Assembly: GCA_012026655.1 (NCBI GenBank)
Contig: JAAILG010000218.1
Location: 1-64,000 of the forward strand
Source of the DNA: Hydrolagus affinis
Lineage: Eukaryota
Direction of reading: 5' to 3'
Length of the DNA: 64,000 bases
Positions 11,879 through 24,240 of this stretch are shown one piece after another (positions within the stretch are counted from its first letter, which is position 1; each line of letters opens with the position of its first letter). A program made the position numbers and the translations under genes. Under the pieces are notes generated by a model. The model saw nothing but the letters and a program-made list of their open reading frames with translations, ran no database searches and was not told where the DNA came from.

Positions 11879-13541
11879 TTCAATGATGACAACAAGAAGG
11901 AAGGAAAGTAACAATTCGGATAGGCCAAAGGAAAATTAATTATAAAAACAACAGGATAAGATTGGTTTTATTTGAATTATTAGAGTTGAAGTAATTAACT
12001 AGATGCACAGGCTTGTGTGTTAGAGTGCAAATCACTTTCTTGGTAGATTTGAAAGCTGTAACTGGCAAAATAAGTGCTCTATTCAATCATGGTTAAACAT
12101 TGATGCATACTGACCTACAGTGCAATGTTCAAATGCTGCTTTCCAACACAATTCTGATGGATACAAATTTAAAAACATAGCTCCTGACCTGATCTTTAAC
12201 AAATTTCAATGCAAGCCAGCTTTTTGGAATGAGCATGTTAAATTAGCACTTCCAAAATGGAATCAGTTCACACATCCCACAGAGCACTGCAACACATGTT
12301 GATTGGGGAATATCTGGTGATTCATATGTGTGCGTGGCATACCTCAACTGTTACACAAAATGCATGTGGTTTGAGGTACCATTCTTGCCCAAATCAATGC
12401 CTCTGAAAGAGAGTTGTTTAAATAGAATGGAGAATGAAAATGAAGTCAAGGGATTCAAACAAAGTGGAATGAAATTCAAACATTGTGTTCATGACACCAG
12501 ACACATCACGTTTGCACAAGCAGATGTGCATCAGTAGGGTTCACGTGTATTTCCATATTAAAAATACATGTATGTAGATATATATATAATATATATATCT
12601 TATTCCATTTTTATCTCATTTTAGTTTCATGCTCTGCCAAACCATCCTGTTTCAGTCAAAATCACTACACAGCCTGAACCATGGCAATCAGTGTTGTAGC
12701 TACTTCCAGCAGCCTAACAGGAAGTCAAATCCCCTTGTGTGGGATAGGTCTCTGTTGCCTCCTCCTATGCTGGGTTGAGCACTTAACTATAACAAAGCAC
12801 TACACGTAAAAAAAAAAAGCTGAAACACAGTAACATTTGCCTCAAAACAAGAACCACATTTTGAAAATTTATCAGCCTGTGAGTCAAACTCATTCTCTGG
12901 CTGGGCATGTGCGCCCCAATCATTGATTTAAAATATATTTTATTAGATGTCATTTTGGACCCATATCTATCATAATAAACTGTTCCCATGTTGAATATTT
13001 ACTGATTCGTTGATGGACATAATAAATGGGTCATCTTGCGGCTACAGTGGAAACTTCACAAACGGAAGATTATAGTTTTCGGGTACAGGAATGCTCTGCT
13101 CAAATCTGCTCCTCACCAAAGAGCTTTGTGAGAAGCTCCTGGATGGAATTCATTAAAACAAACTGCAGAGAATTATGATGAATTGAACAACCTTGTGTGT
13201 TTGTCTATTTTTATTCTTTTTCTCTATTTTTGTTGTTTTTCTCTTAAGAGGGGAAAAAACTTTGATATTCAATGTAATAGCAGTCAGTTGTCGATAGCCC
13301 TGTTGTTTCTATTATTCCAAATGGGTCTTAAACAAAAATCAGTATTGTGTCTCCATGAGACTGGTTTAGATGCTCCAATGCAAAATATATCCTTTCACAA
13401 AGGGACAGTGCAATTATTTTAATTCAAGTTTTCTTTCAAGCAGTTTATTTTGTATTGTTCAGTTCATCTTTTAATCCTATATTTGAGCAAGTCAGAATTC
13501 ACCGACTGAAGGCAATTCAAAGACAGTTAAAATAATAGTAA

Positions 13542-13630
13542 AAATAATAATAATCCTTGCATTTGATATAGTGCCTTATCATGTCACAATTTACTGTGTC
13601 ATTTGAGACGTCTCAAATCACTTCATAGGA
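13542..13630 (-). mobile_element. SINE 3' tail fragment
   Basis: aataataataatccttgcatttgatatagtgcc...gacgtctcaaatcacttca. Confidence 0.7.
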
Positions 13631-14849
13631 ATTAGGTGTAACAATTATTTATTCTAAACAGTATCATAACTGGATAAATAATTCAGTAATGTTTGCCTTG
13701 AGTACAGTACCTTTTTGCTTTAAACTATCTTATTAGTAGTTTCCATGTTATTTTTCTCATTAACATTTGAAAGGTTTTCAATGCAAATTTGTTCAATAGA
13801 ATAATTACTGGATCTACATTTACCCAAACTGGATTTTCTTAGGTGAGGAAGTGACAGCTGGTTGATTGGCTGACAACATACCATTGTTGCAAGTAGTGAT
13901 CAGTGCATGTAGTCCTTCAGGAATTCTAAGCTTTGAGGAATAAGAAATATACACTTCAAATCAGTTGCTAAAGGAAAAAGTTAGAATGGCAGCTTCTGTT
14001 TATAAATAAAAACCCTTAATTAGAATATCTGCACTGCTGGTTCAACAGGTTATATCTCTGCAATAAAAATGGGCATTTTATGATATATTGGAAACATAAT
14101 CACATGTAACTGCAGAAAAGTGAGCTTAGAAAATCTATGTTAAACAGAGTATATGAAAGAGAAAGAATAAACCTAATAGAGAACACATAAGGTTAATGTT
14201 GTTTTTCTATATTTTCTGTCTGATTAACCGATTAAAATGCTGCTCCTCACCGCACCTCTGGCTTGCTTTTTCTACACTGATCAAATTCAAAACTGCTCCA
14301 GAGACAAACAAATCCCTCTGAGTGAAACTGCCTGTGTTTTCTTAACTGGCTGTTTCCAGAATAGTGAGAAGCAGCTTAGCTTTTCACATCTATAAAATCC
14401 TATAGCATTGCTGAAAGAAGAGGAAGCACAAGTCAAACCACCTAGTGTTAAGCTGTGAAAAGCAAACCTTTAGTGGAGTAATTACATGCAACACTGCTCT
14501 ACAACAGATTTGTCAGAGTTGCCTGCTAATGTAAATATGGCTGAGCTTAACACTATTTCTACTAATACAGTACTTTATAATTCTACTCTTTGGAAAGTGG
14601 GTTGCTTGTTGTGAATGATGTTTGCATTAGGCACCACCCATCCACCAGTAAATAACTCTCCCAATCATTTGATGCAATGTGCCTTTAAATTTATGTTGAC
14701 AACCTCCACTAAAACCTAATCAATTTCCCTTTGATGTTCTTACCGAGCCCTCTCTCTAATGACATACATTCAGCCACGGTAACTATTTGTAACACAGATG
14801 TTTCAATATGTAAACAGCAAATAATTACAAAGAATAGATTTGGTGATGC

Positions 14850-14932
14850 TACTACAACAACTACAACAACAACAAAATTACATTTGTATCATGCCTTTCA
14901 AGTCGGGAGGACATACCAAGGCGCTGGACAGT
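14850..14932 (-). mobile_element. L2 3' tail fragment
   Basis: (caa)n followed by gcctttcaagtcgggaggacataccaaggcgctg, the reverse complement of the tail at ~478-541. Confidence 0.75.
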
Positions 14933-16352
14933 CAAATGTTCAGGAATCTCACCAAACATATTGGGTTCAAACAAAATTGTTCAGTCGGAAGGGCCATATA
15001 CAAACTTTAGTAATGCAAATAATAATCCTTGCATTTGCAACCACTGAGACATCTCAAAGCGCTTCAGATTCTACTGCAAATATAGTGGATAGACTGTGCA
15101 TTTTGTGGTAAAATTGTGTAAGGATCCACTTTTGCAGTCTCAAATTGCACAACTTCCCCTCTCCTTCATGAGATTCTTAACTTAAAATTAGATTGCCAGG
15201 ATCCCGACCCCCTGTTTTAAACATTTAGCTCTTTAAAATAAATTCTCAAAGCTGTTTGATATTATGGTAGGATTCTATTATAAACCAATGTAGAAATTGG
15301 AGCCTGGGATTTCTGCAGATCTAAGACAGATGAGAGAAACTTGATAAGACAACCTGCAAATAAAATAGTAAAACTGAAACATCTTGGAGTGACTGAGAGA
15401 GTACAAATCTCATGACATTTTGTTGGATACAGGTACATACACTTGTTCAATAATGAATCTGCACAAATTTTTAATTTTCTAAATGTAAACTTGAATCAAA
15501 TTTGATGGTAATAATCCAGCAAGGCACTAGCACATTGTTTGCAGTTATTTTCATGAAAGTTTACAGGTTACAAATGGTAGTCAGCATGGCCCGCCTTGAA
15601 AGATTGTTGTCATAAATTATTTTAAGAACAAGGATAGCTTAACTTTAATGATCCAGGGGTACTAGATACTAGACTGTATGTACACAAATACACAAACACT
15701 CATGGATGGTAGTGCCCATGTTCAGTTACAATGGCTCAAGTTTCCAATCTAAGTCTTGTCATCAGTAGCAAGAACTGAGCAGAAAACAGTATCTGAAACC
15801 TGGACGCATCACACGGCAAGTTAGCCAAGGATGCTTCCACACATGCTGTTGTTATATTAACACTGGAATTAGTGAGCTGCATTAAACAGTGTCTCATTCA
15901 CTTTGGCAGGGTTATCAGTTGTACTTGAATTCCAAAATTAAGAACACCACTGTGCACCACTATCACATACATGTAAGCTGTCGGGAGTCCAGAGAGAGTA
16001 CCCATTGCGTGTGTGGTCCACTTCATGCCAGTAAATAATAAGGCAGTTTCACAATATACGTCATCATGCCAAATATCTTGGTGGGATGCTCTCCCAGCTC
16101 CAGCTAGGTTACTGGAAAGTGCTATTCTAAAATCAGGCGTCTATGTAGATACTCTCATTGGAGACTGAGCAGGTGAATTGGAGTGTTATTTGGCTGCTCT
16201 GCACTTAGATTTTGGCATCTTGTTACTGGCACAAATTCAGCATAAAAATCAGACGACTGTATAACACGCCTGTTTACCTAGTACTGTAGCAAACAGGAAC
16301 CCAATTGTTAGTCGATTGGTGCATCAGTATTCCGAGGATCAGAATCCTTAGT

Positions 16353-16516
16353 AAAAAAAATAATAATTTTGTCAATTCATGGCTGTTTGTGGGAAACTGC
16401 CACGTTTCTCCCACAAAATATACAGTCAATTCACTTTATAATATATGCTGTGAGGCGCTTTGAGAAGTATCAAAGATGTGATGAGGCACTATATCAAATG
16501 CAAGGATTATTATTAT
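16353..16516 (+). mobile_element. Deu-domain SINE, 3' part
   Basis: ggctgtttgtgggaaactgccacgtttc...tatcaaatgcaaggattattatt. Confidence 0.85.
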
Positions 16517-17191
16517 AAGGCACACAAGGCCAACTGAAAAGGGACACTTATAATTGTAATGAAGGGCAACGGCAACACCTTTCAGTTGGGGGAGGATGTG
16601 TAACCTTGAAGTGAATTTAGATGGGAAACAATAAACATTTACAGAAGGAAGAAAAAATCAAGGAAGTGCTACATTTTATGACATTACCTGCGCAATACAG
16701 AACTTCTGGATTATCATAATAATAATAATTGTTGCATTTGGTTTAGCACCTTTCACTTCAGTATATAGAGGTGTGTGATTTCAAAGGGACCTTAAATTCT
16801 AAAGGAAGCTCTGTTGTTCAAACAACTTATAAAATAGTTTCTCATTGAAATGTGGAATATTTACAGTACATGCTTCAGTCTAAGATGCTTCTGAGACCAG
16901 CCTCCTCCTGGATCAGGTTGCTTGATTACTTATCCTATGGGGACAAGTCGAAGCACAATCATTGTGTTTATGCAGACAACACAGTGAAAAGTCAAACATT
17001 GTCATTTCATTGAGCAGGGATGGCAGCCAACAAAGTTCTATACTGCCTGAGTATTAAGCTACGCCCTCATTAAACTCGCTAGCATTTATAAATGAAGCAC
17101 AAAGTTAAAATGTCATACTGTATCACTGGCTAAGACTGACCAGTGAAATGATTGTGCCCAATTACCTTTGAAGATTTCATGTGGATTTCAT

Positions 17192-17642
17192 GTGGAACTC
17201 CTGTGGCTCAGTGGTTAGAGCACATGTCTTGCAAGCTGGAGAGACCAAGCTGGGGAAACCTGTGTTCGGATCCAGGCAGGTCAGGGCGAAACCTTGGGCA
17301 AATTTCCTTACTTCACACGCCTAATAATAATCCCTCCCCCCAAAAAAAACACAATAATAAAATTGGTCATTCCAAACACTGTCCCAGCAGTGTTTGTGGG
17401 ACACTGCTGTGCACAATTGGCTGCTGTGATTCGCTCACAAATGTATACAGTCAATTCACTTTACAGCCTATTCTGTGAAGCGCTTTGGGACGTTGATAAA
17501 ATGTGGAAAGCGCTATATCAAATGCAAGGATTATTATTATTATTATTATTATACAGTCAATTAACTTTACAGTATATTCTTTGGGACGTCGATAAGATGT
17601 GAAAAGCGCTATATCAAATGTAAGCATTATTATTAGGATTAT
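17192..17642 (+). mobile_element. full-length tRNA-headed Deu-type SINE with duplicated 3' tail
   Basis: Pol III A box TGGCTCAGTGG (17204-17214), B box GTTCGGATCC (17264-17273), A-rich linker, Deu core and L2-like tail with (att)n. The tail is repeated at ~17550-17635. Confidence 0.9.
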
Positions 17643-18677
17643 TAAGAGAAGTGAAATTCAGCTCACATAAGAATGGGGAATATTAAAACACCATTCAGGC
17701 TTGCAACAGCCCTCATTAAGACTAATTAAAACTTAAATTAAAACAAAAATCATTTAATTATGAGTGTTATAAATAGAATATCCAATGGAGGGTAGTGAAA
17801 CAGGATTTCTGTATCCACTGATGAGACAGACCATAATTCACTTGGACCTTTGTCATTTGCTACCTGGTCAGCCTCACTATGGATACAAATAACATTGTCT
17901 CTGCTGCTTCTGCACGATGGTCACTACATTCTGGTTTTAGATTTCACACAGTTAATGGCATTGAGCTTATAATTATCACCTAACCAAATTATAACAACAT
18001 TTTAACCCAATAAGTAATATGTTAGCATTGAAACAATTTTGTTTAATTAAATTTTTGTTGTTTCTTCTAGATTAGGGTGTTTTATTTATAGAAATTGCTT
18101 GTACTTTTGCTTCTTTCTAAAGATCTAAGGGCACTGTATGGAAATGCAACACCCTAGGACCATTAAACAGATTTAAATAAAGGCATTCTATGCAGCAAAT
18201 TATTGCATAAGTGTTATTAAAACTAACATTTGATTTTATTTCATATAAAATTAAAACCAGTAATATGAAAATGATAAATTATGCTGCAATGGACAACAAA
18301 AGAGTAATACAATGTTATGCATGGTGAATTCTACATTGGCAGCTCTCATTACTAATTCTGCTTGATTTAATCACAAAACAGGAACAGGGACATAAAATGT
18401 TATATTTTTAGTGTGCCCTTTCAACATTAACCAGAGCCCTAAGATTTGTGTCATGTGGCTATCTACTTTGACATAACTGCATGTCATCAAATTATAGAAT
18501 ATTCACAATAAAGCTGCTAATCATTGTGTGCATCTCATGTGGTGATTTGTTAACTGGATGTTGTGTCAGAATGTCTCCCTCAGGATCTTAAATATACTGC
18601 CAGAAACCGAGAACCAGGCACACTGAGTAATTGAAGCAGCTATTATTTTCTTCTGCATTTCTTCTTGAACCAGTAAG

Positions 18678-18840
18678 ATAAAAATTGGTCATTCAAGTCA
18701 CGGCTGTGCGACATTGCTGTGTGTAAATAGGCTACCATGTTCACCCGTGAAATAGTCACTACACTTCTCTGAAATGTACTTTGAGCTTTCCTGGCAACAT
18801 GTTAAAGCACGATATGAAAAGGATTATTATTAATAATAAT
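18678..18840 (+). mobile_element. Deu-domain SINE, 3' part (diverged)
   Basis: aaaattggtcattc...ttgctgtgtgtaaataggctacc...ggattattatt. Confidence 0.7.
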
Positions 18841-19166
18841 TGTCTGAAACCTAGAAAATGTTATTCACACATCCAGTCTACTAGCTCAAGGGAACATGGA
18901 GTAATAGATAAATAACAGTACAAATTAGACTCCAGACAGCTCCTTTGTGCAGATTGCTGAGGACAGGTAAAACCATAATCATTTGGGCAGCTAGATGACT
19001 TACAGTTCCTTCATTAAAAAAAGGTAAAAGCAAAGCACTTATTCTCATCTTTCTCTCTTCCTGTTTTCTTGTAGGGACAGACTTTTTCTAGACTACAGTT
19101 CATTGGGTATTGAGACCTTAGTAACTCATCCAAGTGCTCATTCCTCAAAGATGTTCTTATAAATAG

Positions 19167-19298
19167 AGGGATTAGGGGATATGGGGATAGGGCAGGTAAT
19201 CAGAGTTAGGTGAGAAGATCAGCCATGATCTTATTGAATGGCAGAGCAGGCTCGAAGGGCCGAATGGCCTACTCCTACTCCTAATTCTTATGTTCTTA
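19167..19298 (+). mobile_element. CR1/HER1-type LINE 3' end
   Basis: gatcagccatgatcttattgaatggcagagcaggctcgaagggccgaatggcctactcctactcctaattcttatgttctta, the characteristic chondrichthyan CR1 tail. Confidence 0.85.
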
Positions 19299-20089
19299 AG
19301 AGACTGGACAGCTCGTGTCAAACGACTATTTAATCACGGTCAGACCATCCCAATCAACATGCTTGCATTAGCCACTTACATGCAGGAATATTGGTCCAGT
19401 ACTTTAATATTACTATATCCTCCACATGATGAGTTCACATGATTTTGATAAGATGACAAGTCAAACAGAAATAATGGACTTCTGCACATGGAGGATGGAA
19501 GAATTCAGACTATGAAGTTACTTGGCTCAGTTCTTGCACAACTGTTACTAAATGCTTCAACGGTATACCTAGGGATAGTTGGTCAGCTAAAAAGAGAAGA
19601 TTTGGAAGTGCATATATATTGGGGTGGGGAACAGAACTCGCGCCCAAGTCCTGTCCACATTTCAGATTCCAACCTTACAAATTACAGAGCAGAGAAAGTG
19701 AGGGAACTCGAATACCCCTTGCTAACCCATATACATGCTAGTCTTGGATATGGATAATCATGTGTGGTAGCAACTGGCAGCTGTTTCACAATTCAGCTAC
19801 CACAGGTTCGCTGCAGAATTTAACGGGAAGGTCCTTGGGCTTATCGTTTAGAATCCAGTACAAGTTATTAGTCCTTTGGAGCTTTCACTAACCAATAGGA
19901 TTGATTTGTACAGTGTACAGTGTTCATCCTCAATGCAGTTGCCTTTAGCTCCAGTTTTCCCATTCAAAAGATACAATAAAAGTTTCAATGTTTTCACTTC
20001 AATTGAGATCATAGTCTAGAATACTGCCACTCCCAATGAAGTATTGTGGTGGGAGGGAGGGGGGAGGGGGGGTGGGGGAGGGGTGCGAA

Positions 20090-20410
20090 CAGTAGGGACA
20101 AGACAACATTGTCAAGAGGTACATCTTTCAGAAGAGACTTAAACCAAGGTCCCGCCTGCCAGTTCAGGCAGACGTTAAAGATCCCATTGGCACTATTTGG
20201 AAAGAGAAGGGATTTCTCCCAATGTTGTGGCCAACAATCCCGCAGATAAAATTGGTTATTTACATCATGGCTGTTTGTGGAACATTGCTGCATCAGTTAT
20301 CTGCTACATTTACTTGCAAAAAGAACATTTACGATACTTTATAGAAATGGTGTAAAGCGCTTTGAGGTGTTGTTGATGTTGTAAGCGCTAAACCAAATGT
20401 AAGGATTGTT
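20090..20410 (+). mobile_element. Deu-domain SINE with extended Deu domain (AmnSINE1/SacSINE1-like)
   Basis: tctttcagaagagacttaaaccaaggtcccgcctgcc..tcaggcagacgttaaagatcccattggcactatttggaaagag...ggctgtttgtgg...gtaaagcgctttgagg. Confidence 0.85.
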
Positions 20411-22445
20411 ACCAACATATAGGAAAATGCTGCTACTTTATCATTTTAATAATGCATTGTTAAGATAACAAAGTTTAGCATTTTCTCGATGGTTTTTGAA
20501 ACAGATTAACTGCACTCTCGATTATCATGTTGCATGCATTTTCCAATTACTGTACCAGGCAAAGAAATGTAGCTCAGGCAATATTTTTAAATTCAGAACC
20601 AACTATGAGTAGTGTTTTTCCTGCAGTGTTTTTTTTAAACTTAAGTACTGGAACGCTCAAATAACTCTTTAAAAAGAAACCGTACTATACAAATTTGCAG
20701 TAATAGTTCATATGCCATAATCAGCAATGTCAACTTGGATGTACAAATAAATACTTATGGTATAATTTTGTACGTTATCATCTGATGTATGGAAATATAC
20801 ATGATCATACACTGTTAAAACAGATCATCATAAATAATATCACTATAATGTAATGCAGGAAGTGTACCGGCACCATTTACTGAATCACATACAGCCAAAG
20901 TAGTAATTTTGCTTCAACTATATTTTAAACTCAAGGCACTTCTGACTCCAACATGCATTACAGGCTGCAGTCTGGTAATCACTCTGGAGTCAGAATGTCT
21001 ATTGGTCATCAGCCTATAATTTACAATATTCTTTAAGAAAATACAATATTTTTTAGTTTGAAAATCTATTTTTCCAAGAAGTTACCTACCATTGAAATTT
21101 TTTATTTAAAATAAATTTGAACCAAACAGAAGAAATGCCCATTCAGACAACATAAAATAGGCTACCTAAAGAACATGAATGTTTTGCTGTTATTTTTATG
21201 CAAATATATTACATTAAAGAAACTCATCATTTAGGATGAAAAAATTAAACATTTTATGACAAAACATCACTCAAAATGTTAAGTTGTCTTTTTCTTTCAG
21301 ATTCTGTTCAACCTAGATGTGCAGCATTCTTAAATTTTAACTAACAAATATGTGGCTGGGATTTACATTTTTTTGGTCATTTTCTCTAAATGGTGGATAT
21401 ATTTTAAAGTTCATTTGAATTTGAAGGTGTACAAAATACAATAGTTTGGTAAGAAAAGAAAGTACAATACTTTCTTCATGCTAAGATAAGATATTATTTA
21501 CTCATACATATTATTTCATTGAATTGCATATTATTTGATAACAGCTCAGTAAAATAACTGCATGTGAAACAATTTTGCTGAAACTGTTGTTACTGAATAT
21601 GTTGTTTAATTCTCACCATTAATTCAAAAGCTGTCATGTTTTCAAATGATTTGATAATATTTGAAGGAATTTGCAGCTTTGGAGCTTTAATGGGGAGCTC
21701 AAACCTGTACCTAGCGGGCAGATACATTGCGGATTTTTTGTCAACAATTACATTTGCAGCTTTGGCAATACAACACTGATGACTACTAAAAAAAAAAAAA
21801 AAAAGTACAGTACATCAATTTTATGAGTAATTTTCTGAAGCTAAGGTAAAAGTATATTTTGGTAGAGTGAAGAAAAACTTTACCGCGCATTTAGTCTGTA
21901 ACTTCTGCCCAAAATTGAAATTCTTCCATTTCCAGGTAATTACATTCTCACCTTGACAGAGAACTTGCAGAGCCAAGCTCACCTGCCTTTAATAAGTGAG
22001 ATTTCCAGATGTTCATCAGATTGCTAGCTATAACATTGTGAGTTACATGAACATTCCAAGAAATACAAAGGAAAATCCTCAGTCCTAAGCAATCTAAAGA
22101 GACTGAAAAATGAAGAAAATATAAATAAAAAACAAGCCTGGCAGGGAAACCAGTGGCAAACCCTAATGGATGTTAACCAACCTATTGGTGCCATGCTTTG
22201 TCACTTAATTAAACTCAGCCCTCCTTATAAGTACTGAAGTTCATAACGCAGCAAACATTTTGTTGACTACTTTTCAATGGCATTTGATCTAACATAGGTG
22301 ACACCAACATGCACATTAGAATTTAACTATGAAAAAGGGTAGAGAACTACCTTTATTTATGTTTGATAATAAAATAATCTACCTCAAAAAGTTATGACTC
22401 ATTCCTGGATTGGTCATTTGGAAGTAAATAATAACTCAAATTCAG

Positions 22446-22622
22446 CAATAATAAATAATCCTTGCATTTAATATAGTGCAAGTTCAAAATATCACAAAGT
22501 ACTTCACAGAATATACTGTAAAGTGAATTGACTGAATATTTTGAGGGCGAAACGTAGAAGCTAATTGCGAACAGCAATGTCCCACAAACAGTCATGGACT
22601 GAGTGACCAAACTATTTTTTTT
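22446..22622 (-). mobile_element. Deu-domain SINE, 3' part
   Basis: aataatccttgcattt...cttcacagaatatactgtaaagtgaattgactg...tcccacaaacagtcatgg. Confidence 0.85.
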
Positions 22623-24019
22623 GATGGATTATCTCTGGAAAAGCGATCTGCCAATCGACTAACAAGCAGGATACTGCCCCCTCCCCACATATACATGTAA
22701 AACCTACTCTTAGAATGGCAACAGTTGCAATTTTAAGCTAGAGTCACATACCAATGTTTCTCATCTTATCAAAGCTGTCACTTAACTTAATGTCCGGCTC
22801 CTTTGCCCTAGTCACCAGTTAGGTGTCTTGTATTGGCATGTCTTCATAGAGTCAGTGGTCCAACAGAGTTTGTAATTAGGTTGATGTACAGCACCAGTGC
22901 ACTCATTATACTGAGCAATCGGAAGACTGCCCCTGAAAGAAAGCACGAGTGTGGGGTATTGTGAGAACCTGGTGGTTCAGCCAGCCAAGGGATTGGAGGC
23001 TCAGCAGGTCTCAATGTCGGTACTGATTTAATATAGCACTCATTTTAAATGTAGGAATCAGAACAGGATCATGCAATGAGGAAACTGAATACTATTCTCA
23101 AAATTCAGAGTTGCAAATTATTTATGCAGAACATTATATAACTAAACAAATCCATCAGAATACAAAATCATTCTTGTAAATTTTATTTTGGCTTCATAGA
23201 AGCACAGATTGTGGCTTAATACAAAAACTCCTTTGACTTATAAGTCTCACCAACTTCTTTTGCCTAGTTTATCATAACTCAGTTTCATACTGACCAGCAG
23301 AAATTATTTCAGATTTTGTCTTACTTAAATAATATATAAGACTATTTTATAACAACATTTGCTGTATGCTGGGAGTTGTAGTTTGATAGCAGACACAAAA
23401 TCCAGTGGAGGTGGAATCAGATTCCAACTCTCAGCATGCATAGCAAGGCTTTTAGCCAACCAGAGAACAGAGGCCACTCTTAGAAATTCACGTTCCCTAG
23501 GTAACCGTCCTTTGCTGTCAGACCATCACTAACAGATCAGTCTATAGAGGCTTATTAATTCATTAGAATTGTTGCAATTTACTCAAATTTTACTCAACCA
23601 AATTACTAAAAGAAAAAGGTTTCAGATCTTATGCAAACTAATACAATATAGTTTCTTTGCCCATGGAAAGCTATATTCAATGTTAAATGGAAAAGCAATG
23701 TATTGCAGGAAGCTTAGTAGATTTGGTTGAGAGGGAGAAAACTGCCCAAACTTAAATGAACAATGTAAGAGATGAATTTCAGTTCTCATCTTAAGAGGTA
23801 GCAAAGTACTGAGTCTGCACTCCAAAAGTTATTTCAATCACAAAAATGTTCAACAATACAACTGTGGTTTGCACTCTGAAAAGTATGCGACAAGAGTACT
23901 CAATACTTCAAGTATGCTGGATAGCACCTAACGCTGACTTTCCTGCCTTCACCCTCAACACTGCTGTCCTGAATGAGCCTTAATTTTCTCTAACTCAAGA
24001 GTCGACAAACCCGAGACGA

Positions 24020-24240
24020 TTCTGCTCCACTTCATTTGGTTCCGCCACTAGCCGCTCTCTCCAGTCTTCACAACTCTGATTCATGCCCCTTTCCCACTCC
24101 TCCTCACAAACAGAGATGAGCTTTCAGCCAATTTGACATTGCTTTCTGAAATCCCTTTCTCCAACATGCTCCTACCTTTTTACCTTTTCTGTTTTCAAAA
24201 CCCGATTAAACACCTATCACTTTGATATTGCCTTCAGCTG
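24020..24240 (+). mobile_element. decayed L2 fragment
   Basis: Pyrimidine-rich, with gctttcagcc...tgaaatccct...ttcaaaacccgattaaacacctatcactttga resembling the L2 end at 270-390. Confidence 0.5.

Noticed and set aside
17192-17280. tRNA gene
   Set aside because: The A/B boxes belong to a SINE head; no intact cloverleaf.
23365-23386. Isolated ZNF143-like motif (tgctgggagttgtagttt)
   Set aside because: No CpG island or promoter context; similar motifs occur in old MITEs.
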